From the NCBI GenBank assembly GCA_938036835.1, contig CALHWB010000033.1:4815-68814 (forward strand): 64,000 nt of DNA. Direction: 5' to 3'. Numbering within the stretch: the first letter of the stretch is position 1; the number at the start of each line of letters is the position of its first letter. Below are positions 19,174 to 28,583 of this stretch, piece by piece. The notes under the pieces are model-generated. The model did not search any database. It was not told the origin of the DNA and worked only from the letters and a program-made list of their open reading frames with translations. Source of the DNA: an uncultured Propionibacterium sp. GTDB taxonomy: Bacteria; Actinomycetota; Actinomycetes; Propionibacteriales; Propionibacteriaceae. The translations under genes were made by a program, and so were the position numbers.

Positions 19174-22100
19174 CTACAGCGCGATGCGCTTGTTGTCGTT
19201 GAGGGCCTGGACCAGTGCGGTGCGCAGCGCGTCAAGGTAGCGATCGATGTCTTCTTCGGTCTCCAGGATGCCGTGGATACCGGTGGCACTAATGCTCCTG
19301 ACCGACACTGTCTGTTTCATGTTCGGGGCCGGTGCTGGCCGGTCGTCGACGTCGGCATTGCTGAGGCTTGGGGAGGCAGCGAGCTGGTCGAGGAAGGCTG
19401 GGTAGGTGCGTTCATCGAAGGTGTTCGCGATATCGCGGACGACGGCAATCTGGTTCTCCCGGCTGATCTGGTCGAGGATTGCGTTGACCTTCTGGCTCAC
19501 GCTGCATTGCGCTTCGTCTGTGGCAGCAAGGTAGATGGTGTCGGTCTGTAGCGGTGCCCATCTGGAGTTGATCTCCTGGGCCGCTCTATCACGGTTGACC
19601 ACGAGTGCCTCGTCGATGCGGGATTGGAGTTCGACGGCAGCGGCCTTGAGCTTGGTCATCCTGTTACCGCGAAAGGCTTGCTGATCGGCGAGGAGCTGTT
19701 CCACCTGCTGGCTGCTCCCCGAGGGGAGGTAGTTGATGTTGCTGGCGTTGTCCGCGAGCAGTTGGGCCGCTTCGTCGAAGATCTTGCGTTGGGCGCCGCC
19801 GAGGAAGGCCTGAATGGGATCGAGGGTGTCGGTCTTCGCGTCGAGCAGATCGTCAGCGACCGTAAAGTCGGTCAGATACCAGTCGTCGGGCTTGCCGACC
19901 ACGGATTCCAGCAGTGCGATGGGATCTTCGAGTTGAGTCACGAAGGGGTATTCCGAGCCGCTGACCCGTGCCTTGAGTTCTTCACACTTGGCGCGGAGAC
20001 GTTCGCTTGCGTGCCGGGCCAGTTCCAGCGGGTCCTTCGGCGCGGTTGGCTCGTCGAAGAAGTCGGTGCAGAAGGCGCGCAGCGCTGCGACCTTGCGCTG
20101 GTCGAAGGTCTTCTGCGCGGCGACGACGACATGGGAGTGCTTCTGCGTGTTTCGCAACGCTGAGGCGACTTCGCTGCGTTTGAGGATGTTCGAGTCGACG
20201 GTGAGGGTGATCTTCGAAGTGCCAACGAGCCAGGCCGTGACGCACTCAATAGAGGAAAGGTCCCAGCCGTAGGGCTTGGCCTGGAAGTAATCGATGATCT
20301 TCTTGACTGTGACCTGCTCACCGAGCCGATCTCGTTGCAGCAGGTAGGACAGCACGTCCTCGGCCGGGGCGGCGAGCGCGTGGACCGAGGAGTCATCGAT
20401 CATCGCGGACTGGTCGGGGTTCGCAAACCCAGCGACCTGCTGCTCGGTGTAGGTGCGCCCGCCGAGGAGTCTCAGCTGCGTGTAGGTGCGTGCGATGAGA
20501 TCTTGGAATCCTTCGGTGATCCGGGTGAGCGCATCCTGCGACGCCACGGTTAGGTCTGCGGCGTTGATCACGAGATCGGCGCGTCCGACGGCACGGCGAA
20601 TGCGCTCGACCAATTCCTTCTCCCGCTGGGCGTTCTGGGTTGCCTTGACGCGCAGAATCTGTTCCTCGACCGGCAACAGTGAGCTGGTCTGCTTGCGCTT
20701 GGTGTACTTCTCGGTCTTTATCAGCAACCGCAGATCCGCCAGCACCCGGTCGTCAGGGGCCAGAATCACGCGGAGTTCATCCTTGCCTGCCGAGTGCATA
20801 CGAATGTCTTCCGGCCCGTAGGGGTACTCGGGAGTGATGAAGTGCAGCGAGAGTTCACGCTGCGGGCCGAACGTCTGATCGTCGAGCTTGTACCCGAACC
20901 CGAAGTCCTGCCCGTTCTTGGCGTAGCGGAGCTTGGAAGTCTTGATGACATCGCCGGAGATAATCTTGTTCAGCCGGGTCGAGACCTCGGAGGAGTCGAT
21001 CTCGACACCTCTGATCTCTTCCTCGATCACCTGCTCTTCATTGGTCAGATACTCGTAGACGTTGCCGTTGCGCTGCACATACGTCTGCGCCTCCAGGAGC
21101 GTGAGCGCCTCCTGGACCTGTTTGGACAATGCAGGCAGGTCGAGCCCGAACCGGTCATAGACCAGCACGGTCAGGTTGCGCGGGGTCGCCTGGAAGCTCT
21201 CCACATACTTCACGAGGAACAGCGCCTTGAGTAGCCGCACCGCGAGCTTGGTGACCGGTGAGCCGCTGTCGGGGAGATCACGCTCGGCACGGTCGATCGA
21301 GCGCTGCGCTGCGGACTTCAGCGAGGCGCGGATACCGGCGAACATGGCATCGAAGGTTGCCAGCGAGCCGATCTCGGCATCGCCAATATCCTTGGCGACC
21401 TGCTGCACAACGCTGAGCATGGAACGCTCGCCGACGGAGCTGTTGCGGCCCTCGAAAACGTTGTGGTCGGAGATGCCCTCGATCGCGGCCTGGAACAGCG
21501 GGAATTGGTAGCTCACGAACGGGTAGGTGCCGACGAAGTGAGCCTCGTCGGTGAAGTTCCGATACGTCTTCGCGCCGTCAACGAAGTCGAACAGGGTCTT
21601 GAAGTTCGCCGACTCCTGCCCATAGACCGCTTCCAGCACCTGAGTGCCCTTGTCGTTCTTCTTCAGGAGACGCTTGCGGATGACCTCCTCCACATCGGCG
21701 GAGGTGAGTTTCACTCGGGTCTTGAACCGGGCCTGAATCTTCGAAAAGTCGTTGCCCTGCTGCTTGGTCCGGTCGCCGACGACCTTGTCCATGTCCTCCT
21801 GCGAGGTCACGAACACCCAGGCCCGGCCGCCACACTTCGTGTTCAAAGACTCGGCGATCGTCTGAAGGTTCAGCATCAGGTGTGTGTTGGAGCCGATGAA
21901 CTGTCCGACCTCATCGACGAAGAAATTCAGCCGGTAGCCCGCGGGCTGCTTATCCAGCCAGACACGAACCTCGTCGGCGAAGTCCTCGATCGACACCGAG
22001 TAGGTGTCCTGATAGGTCTTCAGGATATCGGTTGAACCGTCCAGACCCGTGATCCGCGCATACGCCTGATCGACCTGGCGTCCGACGCTCGGGAGCGCGA

Positions 22101-22698
22101 AACTAGGCCGTCGCTCCACCCAGTCCCGGCCCGACACTGCACGGAAGGCATCTTTGAAAGCATCAAACTGACCTTCATCATCGAGCTGACGCTCAAACCG
22201 GGCGATGTGGCCCTGGTCGCCGTAGTAGCCGCGGGCCTCGTCGAAGACCTTCACGAACACTCGCAGCAGTGCGTCGGTCTGATCCTTGCTGATCAGAGTG
22301 GCCTTCTGGTCGATGTTGAACAGCAGGCTCTTCGCGGGGATGCGGTCGGCCTTATCGAGCAGCGGGGGAAGAAAAGCATCGGTCGCTTTGGTGCGGAAGC
22401 TTTCCGAGACCCGCTCGCGGGGAAGGCTGTCACCCTCCACGTCGCCGAGGAGGTGCGCGAGCATCTTCAACAGATGTGATTTACCGGAGCCGAAGAAACC
22501 CGAAATCCATACACCGTTCGCATTGGTGTAGTTCGTGTACGCCTCAAGCAGTAGCTCCAGCCCCTTGGCGGCTTCGTTGGTCAGGACATACTCGTCCACC
22601 TCGACGCTCAGGTAACGGGTATCGTCGGCCTTGATCACGCCTTCGATGGGCCGTTGGACATCCTTGGCGAAAATCTCGGTGAGGCGCATGCCGGTCAT
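19174..22698 (-). CDS. brxC: BREX P-loop ATPase BrxC
   Basis: IEGVIKAD, WISGFFGSGKSHLLK, FFVDEVGQFIG, VTSQED, FSKIQARF. Confidence 0.95.
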   Translation of the reverse strand: MTGMRLTEIFAKDVQRPIEGVIKADDTRYLSVEVDEYVLTNEAAKGLELLLEAYTNYTNANGVWISGFFGSGKSHLLKMLAHLLGDVEGDSLPRERVSESFRTKATDAFLPPLLDKADRIPAKSLLFNIDQKATLISKDQTDALLRVFVKVFDEARGYYGDQGHIARFERQLDDEGQFDAFKDAFRAVSGRDWVERRPSFALPSVGRQVDQAYARITGLDGSTDILKTYQDTYSVSIEDFADEVRVWLDKQPAGYRLNFFVDEVGQFIGSNTHLMLNLQTIAESLNTKCGGRAWVFVTSQEDMDKVVGDRTKQQGNDFSKIQARFKTRVKLTSADVEEVIRKRLLKKNDKGTQVLEAVYGQESANFKTLFDFVDGAKTYRNFTDEAHFVGTYPFVSYQFPLFQAAIEGISDHNVFEGRNSSVGERSMLSVVQQVAKDIGDAEIGSLATFDAMFAGIRASLKSAAQRSIDRAERDLPDSGSPVTKLAVRLLKALFLVKYVESFQATPRNLTVLVYDRFGLDLPALSKQVQEALTLLEAQTYVQRNGNVYEYLTNEEQVIEEEIRGVEIDSSEVSTRLNKIISGDVIKTSKLRYAKNGQDFGFGYKLDDQTFGPQRELSLHFITPEYPYGPEDIRMHSAGKDELRVILAPDDRVLADLRLLIKTEKYTKRKQTSSLLPVEEQILRVKATQNAQREKELVERIRRAVGRADLVINAADLTVASQDALTRITEGFQDLIARTYTQLRLLGGRTYTEQQVAGFANPDQSAMIDDSSVHALAAPAEDVLSYLLQRDRLGEQVTVKKIIDYFQAKPYGWDLSSIECVTAWLVGTSKITLTVDSNILKRSEVASALRNTQKHSHVVVAAQKTFDQRKVAALRAFCTDFFDEPTAPKDPLELARHASERLRAKCEELKARVSGSEYPFVTQLEDPIALLESVVGKPDDWYLTDFTVADDLLDAKTDTLDPIQAFLGGAQRKIFDEAAQLLADNASNINYLPSGSSQQVEQLLADQQAFRGNRMTKLKAAAVELQSRIDEALVVNRDRAAQEINSRWAPLQTDTIYLAATDEAQCSVSQKVNAILDQISRENQIAVVRDIANTFDERTYPAFLDQLAASPSLSNADVDDRPAPAPNMKQTVSVRSISATGIHGILETEEDIDRYLDALRTALVQALNDNKRIAL

Positions 22699-23294
22699 GG
22701 CTCCTGTTCCAGAATGTTCTTGGCGCGGTAGTACTGGTCGTCCTTCAACCTGCCGAACAGCACCAGTGATGAGCCGAGCGTGTCGGACTGCTCATAGCGG
22801 CCGGGGAAGAACATGAGCATCGGCTTGCCCACCACGACGCTTTGCAGATTGTTGAGCACGTTGTGTGACCGGATGTAGGGGAAGACCTCACCGATCCCGG
22901 TCAGGAACACAATGTCGAACTCGCCGTCGGCAAGCCGGTCGCGGATCGCGGGAGCCAGGTGCTGCTCCGGGTTGAGCATGGACTGCAACATCTCGGTGAA
23001 CTCGGCCTTGTCCAGTTCGGGTTCGACCTCAAGAACCTCGTCCCAGTCCCCGCGCTGCTTGAGTACATCGACCGACAAGTCATAGAGGTTGATCTCGCGT
23101 ACCGCAATGCCCTTGCTGGCCAGGCGGTTCTTGATCCGCTTCTTCCCCCTCGCCACATCCAGCGCATGCTCCGGCTCGTAGGGATAGATGAAGAACGGGA
23201 CCTCGTTCGACAAGCCCTCCATCTTCAAGAAACGCTCACCACTGAGCACCGCGAACAGGTGCTCCTCTTGGTCGGAAAGCTCATGGGGCGTCAC
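22695..23294 (-). CDS. brxB: BrxB (DUF1788)
   Basis: GLSNEVPFFIYPY, GIGEVFPYIRSHNVLNNL, YYRAKNI; lies between brxA and brxC with 4-nt overlaps. Confidence 0.92.
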   Translation of the reverse strand: MTPHELSDQEEHLFAVLSGERFLKMEGLSNEVPFFIYPYEPEHALDVARGKKRIKNRLASKGIAVREINLYDLSVDVLKQRGDWDEVLEVEPELDKAEFTEMLQSMLNPEQHLAPAIRDRLADGEFDIVFLTGIGEVFPYIRSHNVLNNLQSVVVGKPMLMFFPGRYEQSDTLGSSLVLFGRLKDDQYYRAKNILEQEP

Positions 23295-23911
23295 AACGAG
23301 ACCTCCTTGCTGTCACGAACCGGGAGGTAGCGGAGGTCACTCGGAAGCTGCGCTTCCAGCGCGTCCCGAACTCGCTCTGACAGGGCCGCGTTCACGATTT
23401 CACCGCTGACGAGTAGGCCAGCCTCGGCCAGCATGCGGAACACAGTCGACCGGAGCTTCTGCAACGTCGAGACCTTCACCTCGACGAGTTCGGGATGCCA
23501 CAGCGCCTTCCCACGAACGAAGCTGTCGAAGTCGTCGTAGCCCAAGTTGGGAGTGAGCAGAAGGAAGCGCTCGCGCACGACATCCTCCGCGAAGTCGCCT
23601 ATGAACGCGTAGCGACGACACGCCGCGACCCACATCAGGTGACCGCGTTCGCTCGGGCTGGCGTCTCGCAGCAACTCCAGTTCGGAGTCCGTAAGGACCG
23701 CCAAGCGCTGGGCGACCTCGCGCGCCAGCCGAAATCCGGACGAGGCGGTTCGCGCTTGGAGCAGGTTCTCTGAGCGGAGCTGGTCTCGAACCAGGCCCCA
23801 GTCGCGGACTTCCAGAAAGATCGGCGCGGCGATCACTGCCTCCCGAGCCAGGAGGGCACCGCTGGTGAAGGACAGGGCGTATCGATCATGTCCCTGAGAC
23901 GCCATGCGCAT
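23291..23911 (-). CDS. brxA: BrxA (DUF1819)
   Basis: YALSFTSGALL, NLLQART, LMWVAACRRY, STLQKLRSTVFRMLAEAGLL; RBS AAGGAGG before ATG 23911. Confidence 0.9.
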   Translation of the reverse strand: MRMASQGHDRYALSFTSGALLAREAVIAAPIFLEVRDWGLVRDQLRSENLLQARTASSGFRLAREVAQRLAVLTDSELELLRDASPSERGHLMWVAACRRYAFIGDFAEDVVRERFLLLTPNLGYDDFDSFVRGKALWHPELVEVKVSTLQKLRSTVFRMLAEAGLLVSGEIVNAALSERVRDALEAQLPSDLRYLPVRDSKEVSL

Positions 23912-24000
23912 CTGGTGCCTCCTTCCGGTGTTTGGTAGTAGATCAGGGTATGGGGTGCCACCGACAAGGCGTCGGTAGCGGGTCAAGCTGAGAGATGGGC

Positions 24001-24201
24001 TCACCTCGGTGGGGAGGGCTCGGAGTCGGCGGCAGCGTCGCCGTGGCGCACCCAGTCGTCGATCACGCTGGTTTGGAACTTCCAGAGGCGTCCGGCCTTG
24101 TGGGCGGGCATGGCCTTCCCGGCGATCCGGGTGTAGACGGTGTCTTTGGTGATGCCGAGACAAGTGGCGATGTCGTCTGCGGACAGCCATGGCTCAGGCA
24201 C
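24001..24201 (-). CDS. Excisionase-like HTH protein (HTH_17)
   Basis: EPWLSADDIA..LGITKDTVY...MPAHKAGRLWKF; RBS AAAGGA before GTG. Confidence 0.85.
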   Translation of the reverse strand: MPEPWLSADDIATCLGITKDTVYTRIAGKAMPAHKAGRLWKFQTSVIDDWVRHGDAAADSEPSPPR

Positions 24202-24515
24202 GTTATTCCTTTCTTGTTTCATGGCCTTGGCAGGCCAACATGCCTGATGATACCGGTGGAGGCGTGTCTTGGGTTGGGTGTGTCCGGGTGTGGTGCTCGT
24301 GATCTTTCGGGCGGTGTGGGTTGGCTCGTGATTGAGTGTTTCTAGGAGTTGTGCCCAGCCGTCGTGTTGGAATCAGGGGGCTGTGGATGCCGTGGGTGGT
24401 GGTGTGTTTGGTTCGGTTGGTTGATGGGGTTCGTCCGGGCGGATGCCGACGGGTGGGACGGCTGCGGGTGTTCTCAGCATTGGGAGTTGTTTGTGGGGTT
24501 ACAGGTCAAAAGGGT

Positions 24516-25082
24516 TTAGGGTGTGGTGATGATGCCGTCAAGAACGTCGGAAACGGTGGTTGGGGTCATCGGGTTGTGAAGTACCACTACCTGGTAGATG
24601 GCCGCCCCGATGAGGAAGGTAGCCCAGCCGTCTGGGGAGGCTGCCGGTGACAGGCGTCCGGCCTGCTGGACTCGGGTGAGAGCTTCGATGAGCATGAGTC
24701 GGGGTGGATCGATGATCCGTTCGCGGTAGTAAGTGCGCAGGGCCTGGTCGTTGTGCTGTTGAAGATCCAGTGCGACGGCCAGCCATGAACTCGAACTGGT
24801 GTTGATCGATGAGGCCAACATCGCGCATACGGCTCGCAGGTCTGAAACGGGGTCGTCGGTTGGGATGAAGGTTCGGTCCCCGATGCTTCTGGCGACTGCT
24901 TCCACGGCCAATGAGGCCAGCGACGGCCAGCGGCGGTAGATCGTCGTCTTGGCGACGCCGCTTGTGCGGGCCACATCATCGACACGTAGCCCGGAGTAGC
25001 CGTTGGCGGCCAGCAGGGTCAGGGTTGCTGTGGTCACCTTGTCGTCGATCATGGGATCTCGTGGTCGGCCGCGTGGGTTCAT
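24516..25082 (-). CDS. TetR family regulator
   Basis: RGRPRD...GVAKTTIYRRWPS. Confidence 0.9.
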   Translation of the reverse strand: MNPRGRPRDPMIDDKVTTATLTLLAANGYSGLRVDDVARTSGVAKTTIYRRWPSLASLAVEAVARSIGDRTFIPTDDPVSDLRAVCAMLASSINTSSSSWLAVALDLQQHNDQALRTYYRERIIDPPRLMLIEALTRVQQAGRLSPAASPDGWATFLIGAAIYQVVVLHNPMTPTTVSDVLDGIITTP

Positions 25083-25103
25083 GCTCGCTCCTGCAATAGT
25101 TAA

Positions 25104-25124
25104 TACGCTACTATTGGTAGTGTA
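25104..25124. promoter_or_regulatory. Candidate TetR operator between divergent genes
   Basis: TACGCTAC-TATTG-GTAGTGTA inverted repeat with one mismatch. Confidence 0.5.
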
Positions 25125-25127
25125 AAT

Positions 25128-25760
25128 GTGTTGGGGGGTGAGGATGGTTCGATGCGTGGACGACTTGGTGACCGGCAGCGGTGGACGGTACCGCTGAGTT
25201 TGGCGGTGTCCTTTCTGGCCAACGACGGGGAGGAGCTTCTGACGCTGGTGCCGACCTGGCCCGATGTCCTCGACAGGCTGCCTGTCGATGTGTCTGTGCC
25301 GTCATGGGTGCGTGATGTCGACCAGTGCCATGTGAATGTGGGCATCGCCATGATGGGTGCGCTGTGTGCAGCGGCCGTGGCCGATGGGGTGCGCAGCCGC
25401 GGGCGGGGTTCGCTCTATCAGGACTTCCAGTGGGTATTCGGGTTGCACGGGTTCGGGCACATCGCAGCCGCGTTGGTGTTCAGAAGGTACGCGACGGGCG
25501 TGGCGAGTTCGCCGATCGTCGTGATTCCGCAGTTGGGTTTCGCTCTGCGGGCACTGAGGCGGGCGGGGGTGCCACACGCGATCCGACCGGTGCGTGCACT
25601 TGCTCGCATCGGCGCATGGCTTGCCTTGTCGCACGCCGCTGGGGCGGCGGTATCCGCAGCGCGGAGGCCACCCCTCTGCTTCCCCGATCCTGGAGGACCG
25701 GTTCGTCACGGACACCGACTTCGACACCCTCGCTACCGCACTCTATGTCACGCTGGATGA
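25128..25760 (+). CDS. HXXEE-domain-like membrane protein; 3' end runs into an IS remnant
   Basis: ANDGEE motif, HGFGHIAA, YATGVASS, hydrophobic segments. Confidence 0.6.
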   Translation: MLGGEDGSMRGRLGDRQRWTVPLSLAVSFLANDGEELLTLVPTWPDVLDRLPVDVSVPSWVRDVDQCHVNVGIAMMGALCAAAVADGVRSRGRGSLYQDFQWVFGLHGFGHIAAALVFRRYATGVASSPIVVIPQLGFALRALRRAGVPHAIRPVRALARIGAWLALSHAAGAAVSAARRPPLCFPDPGGPVRHGHRLRHPRYRTLCHAG

Positions 25761-26198
25761 CGCGTTGACCAGCCACCCAGAGGTATGTCCCCTCCGCCCC
25801 GCCAGCGGCTTCCAACCCAAGATCACCGACGCCTACCAGCCCACCACCGGCCACCACACCCTGATCGCGGACAAGGGCTACGCCAGTCGAGAGTTGGAAC
25901 AATCACTCCACCACAAGGGAATACACCTCTTGCGGCCACCACAGCGCGGAGAACCACAACAACCCGGAGTCCGCTACTTCAAACCCCTACGACAGATCAT
26001 CGAACCAGTCAACGCCACCCTGAAAACCCACCTCGACACCGAACACCACCGCGGCCGCACCCCACTCGGGCTCGTCGTCCGGATCACCGCTGCACTACTC
26101 GCCCTGACCACCGCCATCTGGCACAACAAACAATGCAACACACCCACCCCGCGCTCACTCATCCCCTACGACCACCAACCCAGGAATCAACCATCTAG
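25700..26198 (+). mobile_element. IS982-family transposase remnant with internal deletion
   Basis: DTLATALYVTLDD joined to LIADKGYAS...LRQIIE.VNATLK..LD.EHHRGRT...RSLIPYDH. Confidence 0.8.
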
Positions 26199-26319
26199 AG
26201 GCGGGGCTCATGGCGGACCGTGCTGGTGAACACCCGTAGGTAGACGCGCGATGCCCTGATGCAGGCCAGACCGGCGATGCGAACTCACCTCGTTGGTGTC
26301 ACAGGTGAGAGGAAACGAC

Positions 26320-26600
26320 GATATGCGTAACTTGCCTACGCGGTGACCGGCTACGGCGCCCAAGGCCTCGCCGTGGATGAAGCGGTCCAACTGGTCGATG
26401 ACGGCACCGACCGTCCCGGCTTCTATATCGGTGCTTCCTGAGGCCGGTACACCAGCCAGACCGCCCTGGTTGCTGAGAACGCCGCCCCGACCTGGCCCGC
26501 CGCCAGGTCGAGGACATCCTCGGCCAGTCCGATGCCGGCACCGGGCTGGCGATCTGCCGACCTGGACGTACGAACTGATCGGGAACGCCTGGGAGGCCTG
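26320..26600 (+). pseudogene. Relaxase-helicase (TraA/MobF-like) C-terminal fragment
   Basis: LAYAVTGYGAQGLAVD...FYIGAS*GR resembles SF1 helicase motifs V-VI, with a stop codon. Confidence 0.6.
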
Positions 26601-26818
26601 GTCGATCTGCAAGACGTCCACGTCCCTCCCATTCAGCCAGACCAGAAGGCGCTAGTTGAGCCGGTGCCCGCCGGACCCCGAGCGGCTCGCCCGGGTGGCC
26701 CAGGTCATTCGTCCTGCGTAGATCGATACGCCCACGATCTGGAAAGGGCCGTCCACCCTGTCCAGCCACCAAGCCCCTTGGCACCTCCCGGAGTACCTAA
26801 CCTGTGTGGTGGTTACAG

Positions 26819-27253
26819 TTAGACCACTGCCGGTCGGCCGGGATCGTCGGTCACTGGGTCGAGCACGTCGAACCCAAGGCTGACGGCGGCCCTGGCCATC
26901 TGCGCGTCATGCGTGACGATCGTGACCTCGTCCACGCCGAGCCGCAGCGCCGACGCGACATGCACCGAGTCGGCCCCGCCGAGCACGGTGTCGAGTGCGA
27001 TGGCTTCGTCGATCAGGTCGTCCCCGACGGCGATCAGAGCGAACTCGTCCAGGTACTCTTCTGCGACATCGGTGGCCAGTCCGGCGTTCTTGACGACCCG
27101 CAGAACCTCGAGTTCGAGCATGCGTGAGCCGACGAACCTGTCACCGGCGGCATAGGCGGATTCGAACCACTCCCGGGCTGCGGCGGACTTGTCTGCGATC
27201 GCTCGCAGCAACACCGACGAGTCGACGAACCAGGTGCGCTCAGATGAGGCCAT
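26819..27253 (-). CDS. VapC-type PIN-domain toxin
   Basis: WFVDSSVLL, LELEV, ADSVHVASA, VTHDAQM. Confidence 0.88.
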   Translation of the reverse strand: MASSERTWFVDSSVLLRAIADKSAAAREWFESAYAAGDRFVGSRMLELEVLRVVKNAGLATDVAEEYLDEFALIAVGDDLIDEAIALDTVLGGADSVHVASALRLGVDEVTIVTHDAQMARAAVSLGFDVLDPVTDDPGRPAVV

Positions 27254-27524
27254 CGAACCTGGCCCGTTCGGCGTCGAGCGCAGCCCCGAGGTCTGTGCCG
27301 GTGGCGATGGTGGGGAAGCGTCGAGCCGACCGGGGAGCGGTGCTGCGGGAAGGTCGGGCGAGCCCGGTGGCCACCAGTTCGTCGAGCGGATCGCCAGAAC
27401 TCTCGATCTTGGTGATTCGGTATGCGGGGTGACCGCGGCGCATCACAATCACTTCGCCGTGGTCCGCGAGTCGCGTCGCCCGGGAGGGGTTTTGGTTCAG
27501 CTCGGTGAGCGTGATCGACGCCAT
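27240..27524 (-). CDS. Phd/YefM-like antitoxin
   Basis: ITLTELNQNPSRA...EVIVMRRGHP; overlaps the toxin gene. Confidence 0.85.
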   Translation of the reverse strand: MASITLTELNQNPSRATRLADHGEVIVMRRGHPAYRITKIESSGDPLDELVATGLARPSRSTAPRSARRFPTIATGTDLGAALDAERARFDGLI

Positions 27525-27598
27525 GACTCGATTCTAGCACTTCATTCTAGATTCAGGTCCGCCGCATCTTCGTCCGGCGGGAGCGGCCTATCGCACGA

Positions 27599-27641
27599 GA
27601 AAACCCACCCCGACTATTTGAGCTAGTCAGAGCGGGTTTTC
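27599..27641. other. Long imperfect hairpin, possible element-end or terminator structure
   Basis: GAAAACCC..GACTA / TAGTC..GGGTTTTC. Confidence 0.55.
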
Positions 27642-27707
27642 GCCGGGGTGCCTGAGTAGCAGGTTCGGCAACTCGGCCCCCCCAAGACGAAGACCCTGGT
27701 CAACCGC

Positions 27708-28122
27708 TTGAATCGTGGGGTTTACGAGGTGTCCCTACGGCCCGAGGGTGGCGCTGTGAGGGATGCTTGGGGTCCTGTTGTGGGGACTGTCGAGACGGCT
27801 CAAACTTTTCTCACTGCCGTCGAGGTGGACGCGCTCGTCGGTGACTACCTGGCCGGGATGAGTGGGAAGTCTCTCGTGGAGAGGTACAGCCATTCACCGG
27901 GCCACGGTGTTTTCGCATCTTCGTCGGCGTAACGTGCCGAGTCGTCGTCCGGGGTTGGGTCTGGACGAGAAGGCGGAGGCGGTGCGGCTGGCCCGAGCGG
28001 GTGTCTCGATGCGGGCGATCGCCCGCCGGATGGGAGTGGACCGCAAGGCCGTACGCGTAGCGCTGGTCGAGGCTGGACTCATCGTGAATGAAGACAGCGA
28101 CGGTTCGACGGGAATCAAGTGA
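27708..28122 (+). pseudogene. Small double-HTH protein, frameshifted
   Basis: EVDALVGDYLAGMS / IHRATVFSHLRRR...GVSMRAIARRMGVDRKAVR split across two frames. Confidence 0.65.
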
Positions 28123-28190
28123 GCTGGCTAGGGAAGCGCTGGTTATTGGGCGAGCCTTGGTGAGTGTTTCCGGGACGGCTGATCTGGTGT

Positions 28191-28580
28191 CTTAGCCTCG
28201 ATCTACCGATGGTCTCGGTGATCGCGGAGTGGTCCGGGCTGCGTCGGGTGAGTGGTCGAGGGCGTGCGGAACTGGCCGGACCTCGCTGTCCGGGTTGTCC
28301 ACTGTGTTCCTCGGGTTGCGCAGCCGGGGGCTGCTGGGTGGTCAGGTCGCGTGGGCTTGGGGCGGGTCGCTGACTCGCTCGAACAGGACTGTCCAGCCGG
28401 TCTCCCAGGGTCACGCTCAAGGGAGGTGCACGGTGATCCGGCGGGCCGAGGTCGCCAGGCGGGCTGGCACGGTTACCAGCTTGTGGCGGATGGTCGCGGT
28501 GGTGACCCGGGCGAGGTCGGGAGCGGCGTTCGGACCCGCCACCGCAGTGTCGCGCGCGGTGGCCCAAGAGCATTTGCGGA
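28191..28580 (-). mobile_element. IS1380-family transposase 3' remnant with element end
   Basis: LARVTTATIRHKLVTVPARLATSARRITVHLP*A*PWETGW; end-like CTTAGCCTCGATCTACCG at 28191. Confidence 0.7.
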
Positions 28581-28583
28581 CCG

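Noticed and set aside
23291..24190. 299-aa extended BrxA
   Set aside because: The extension is an alternate frame of the Xis-like gene; a strong RBS supports the start at 23911.
24240..24515. G/T-skewed intergenic tract upstream of BREX as an ncRNA
   Set aside because: No recognisable structure, repeat unit or credible ORF.
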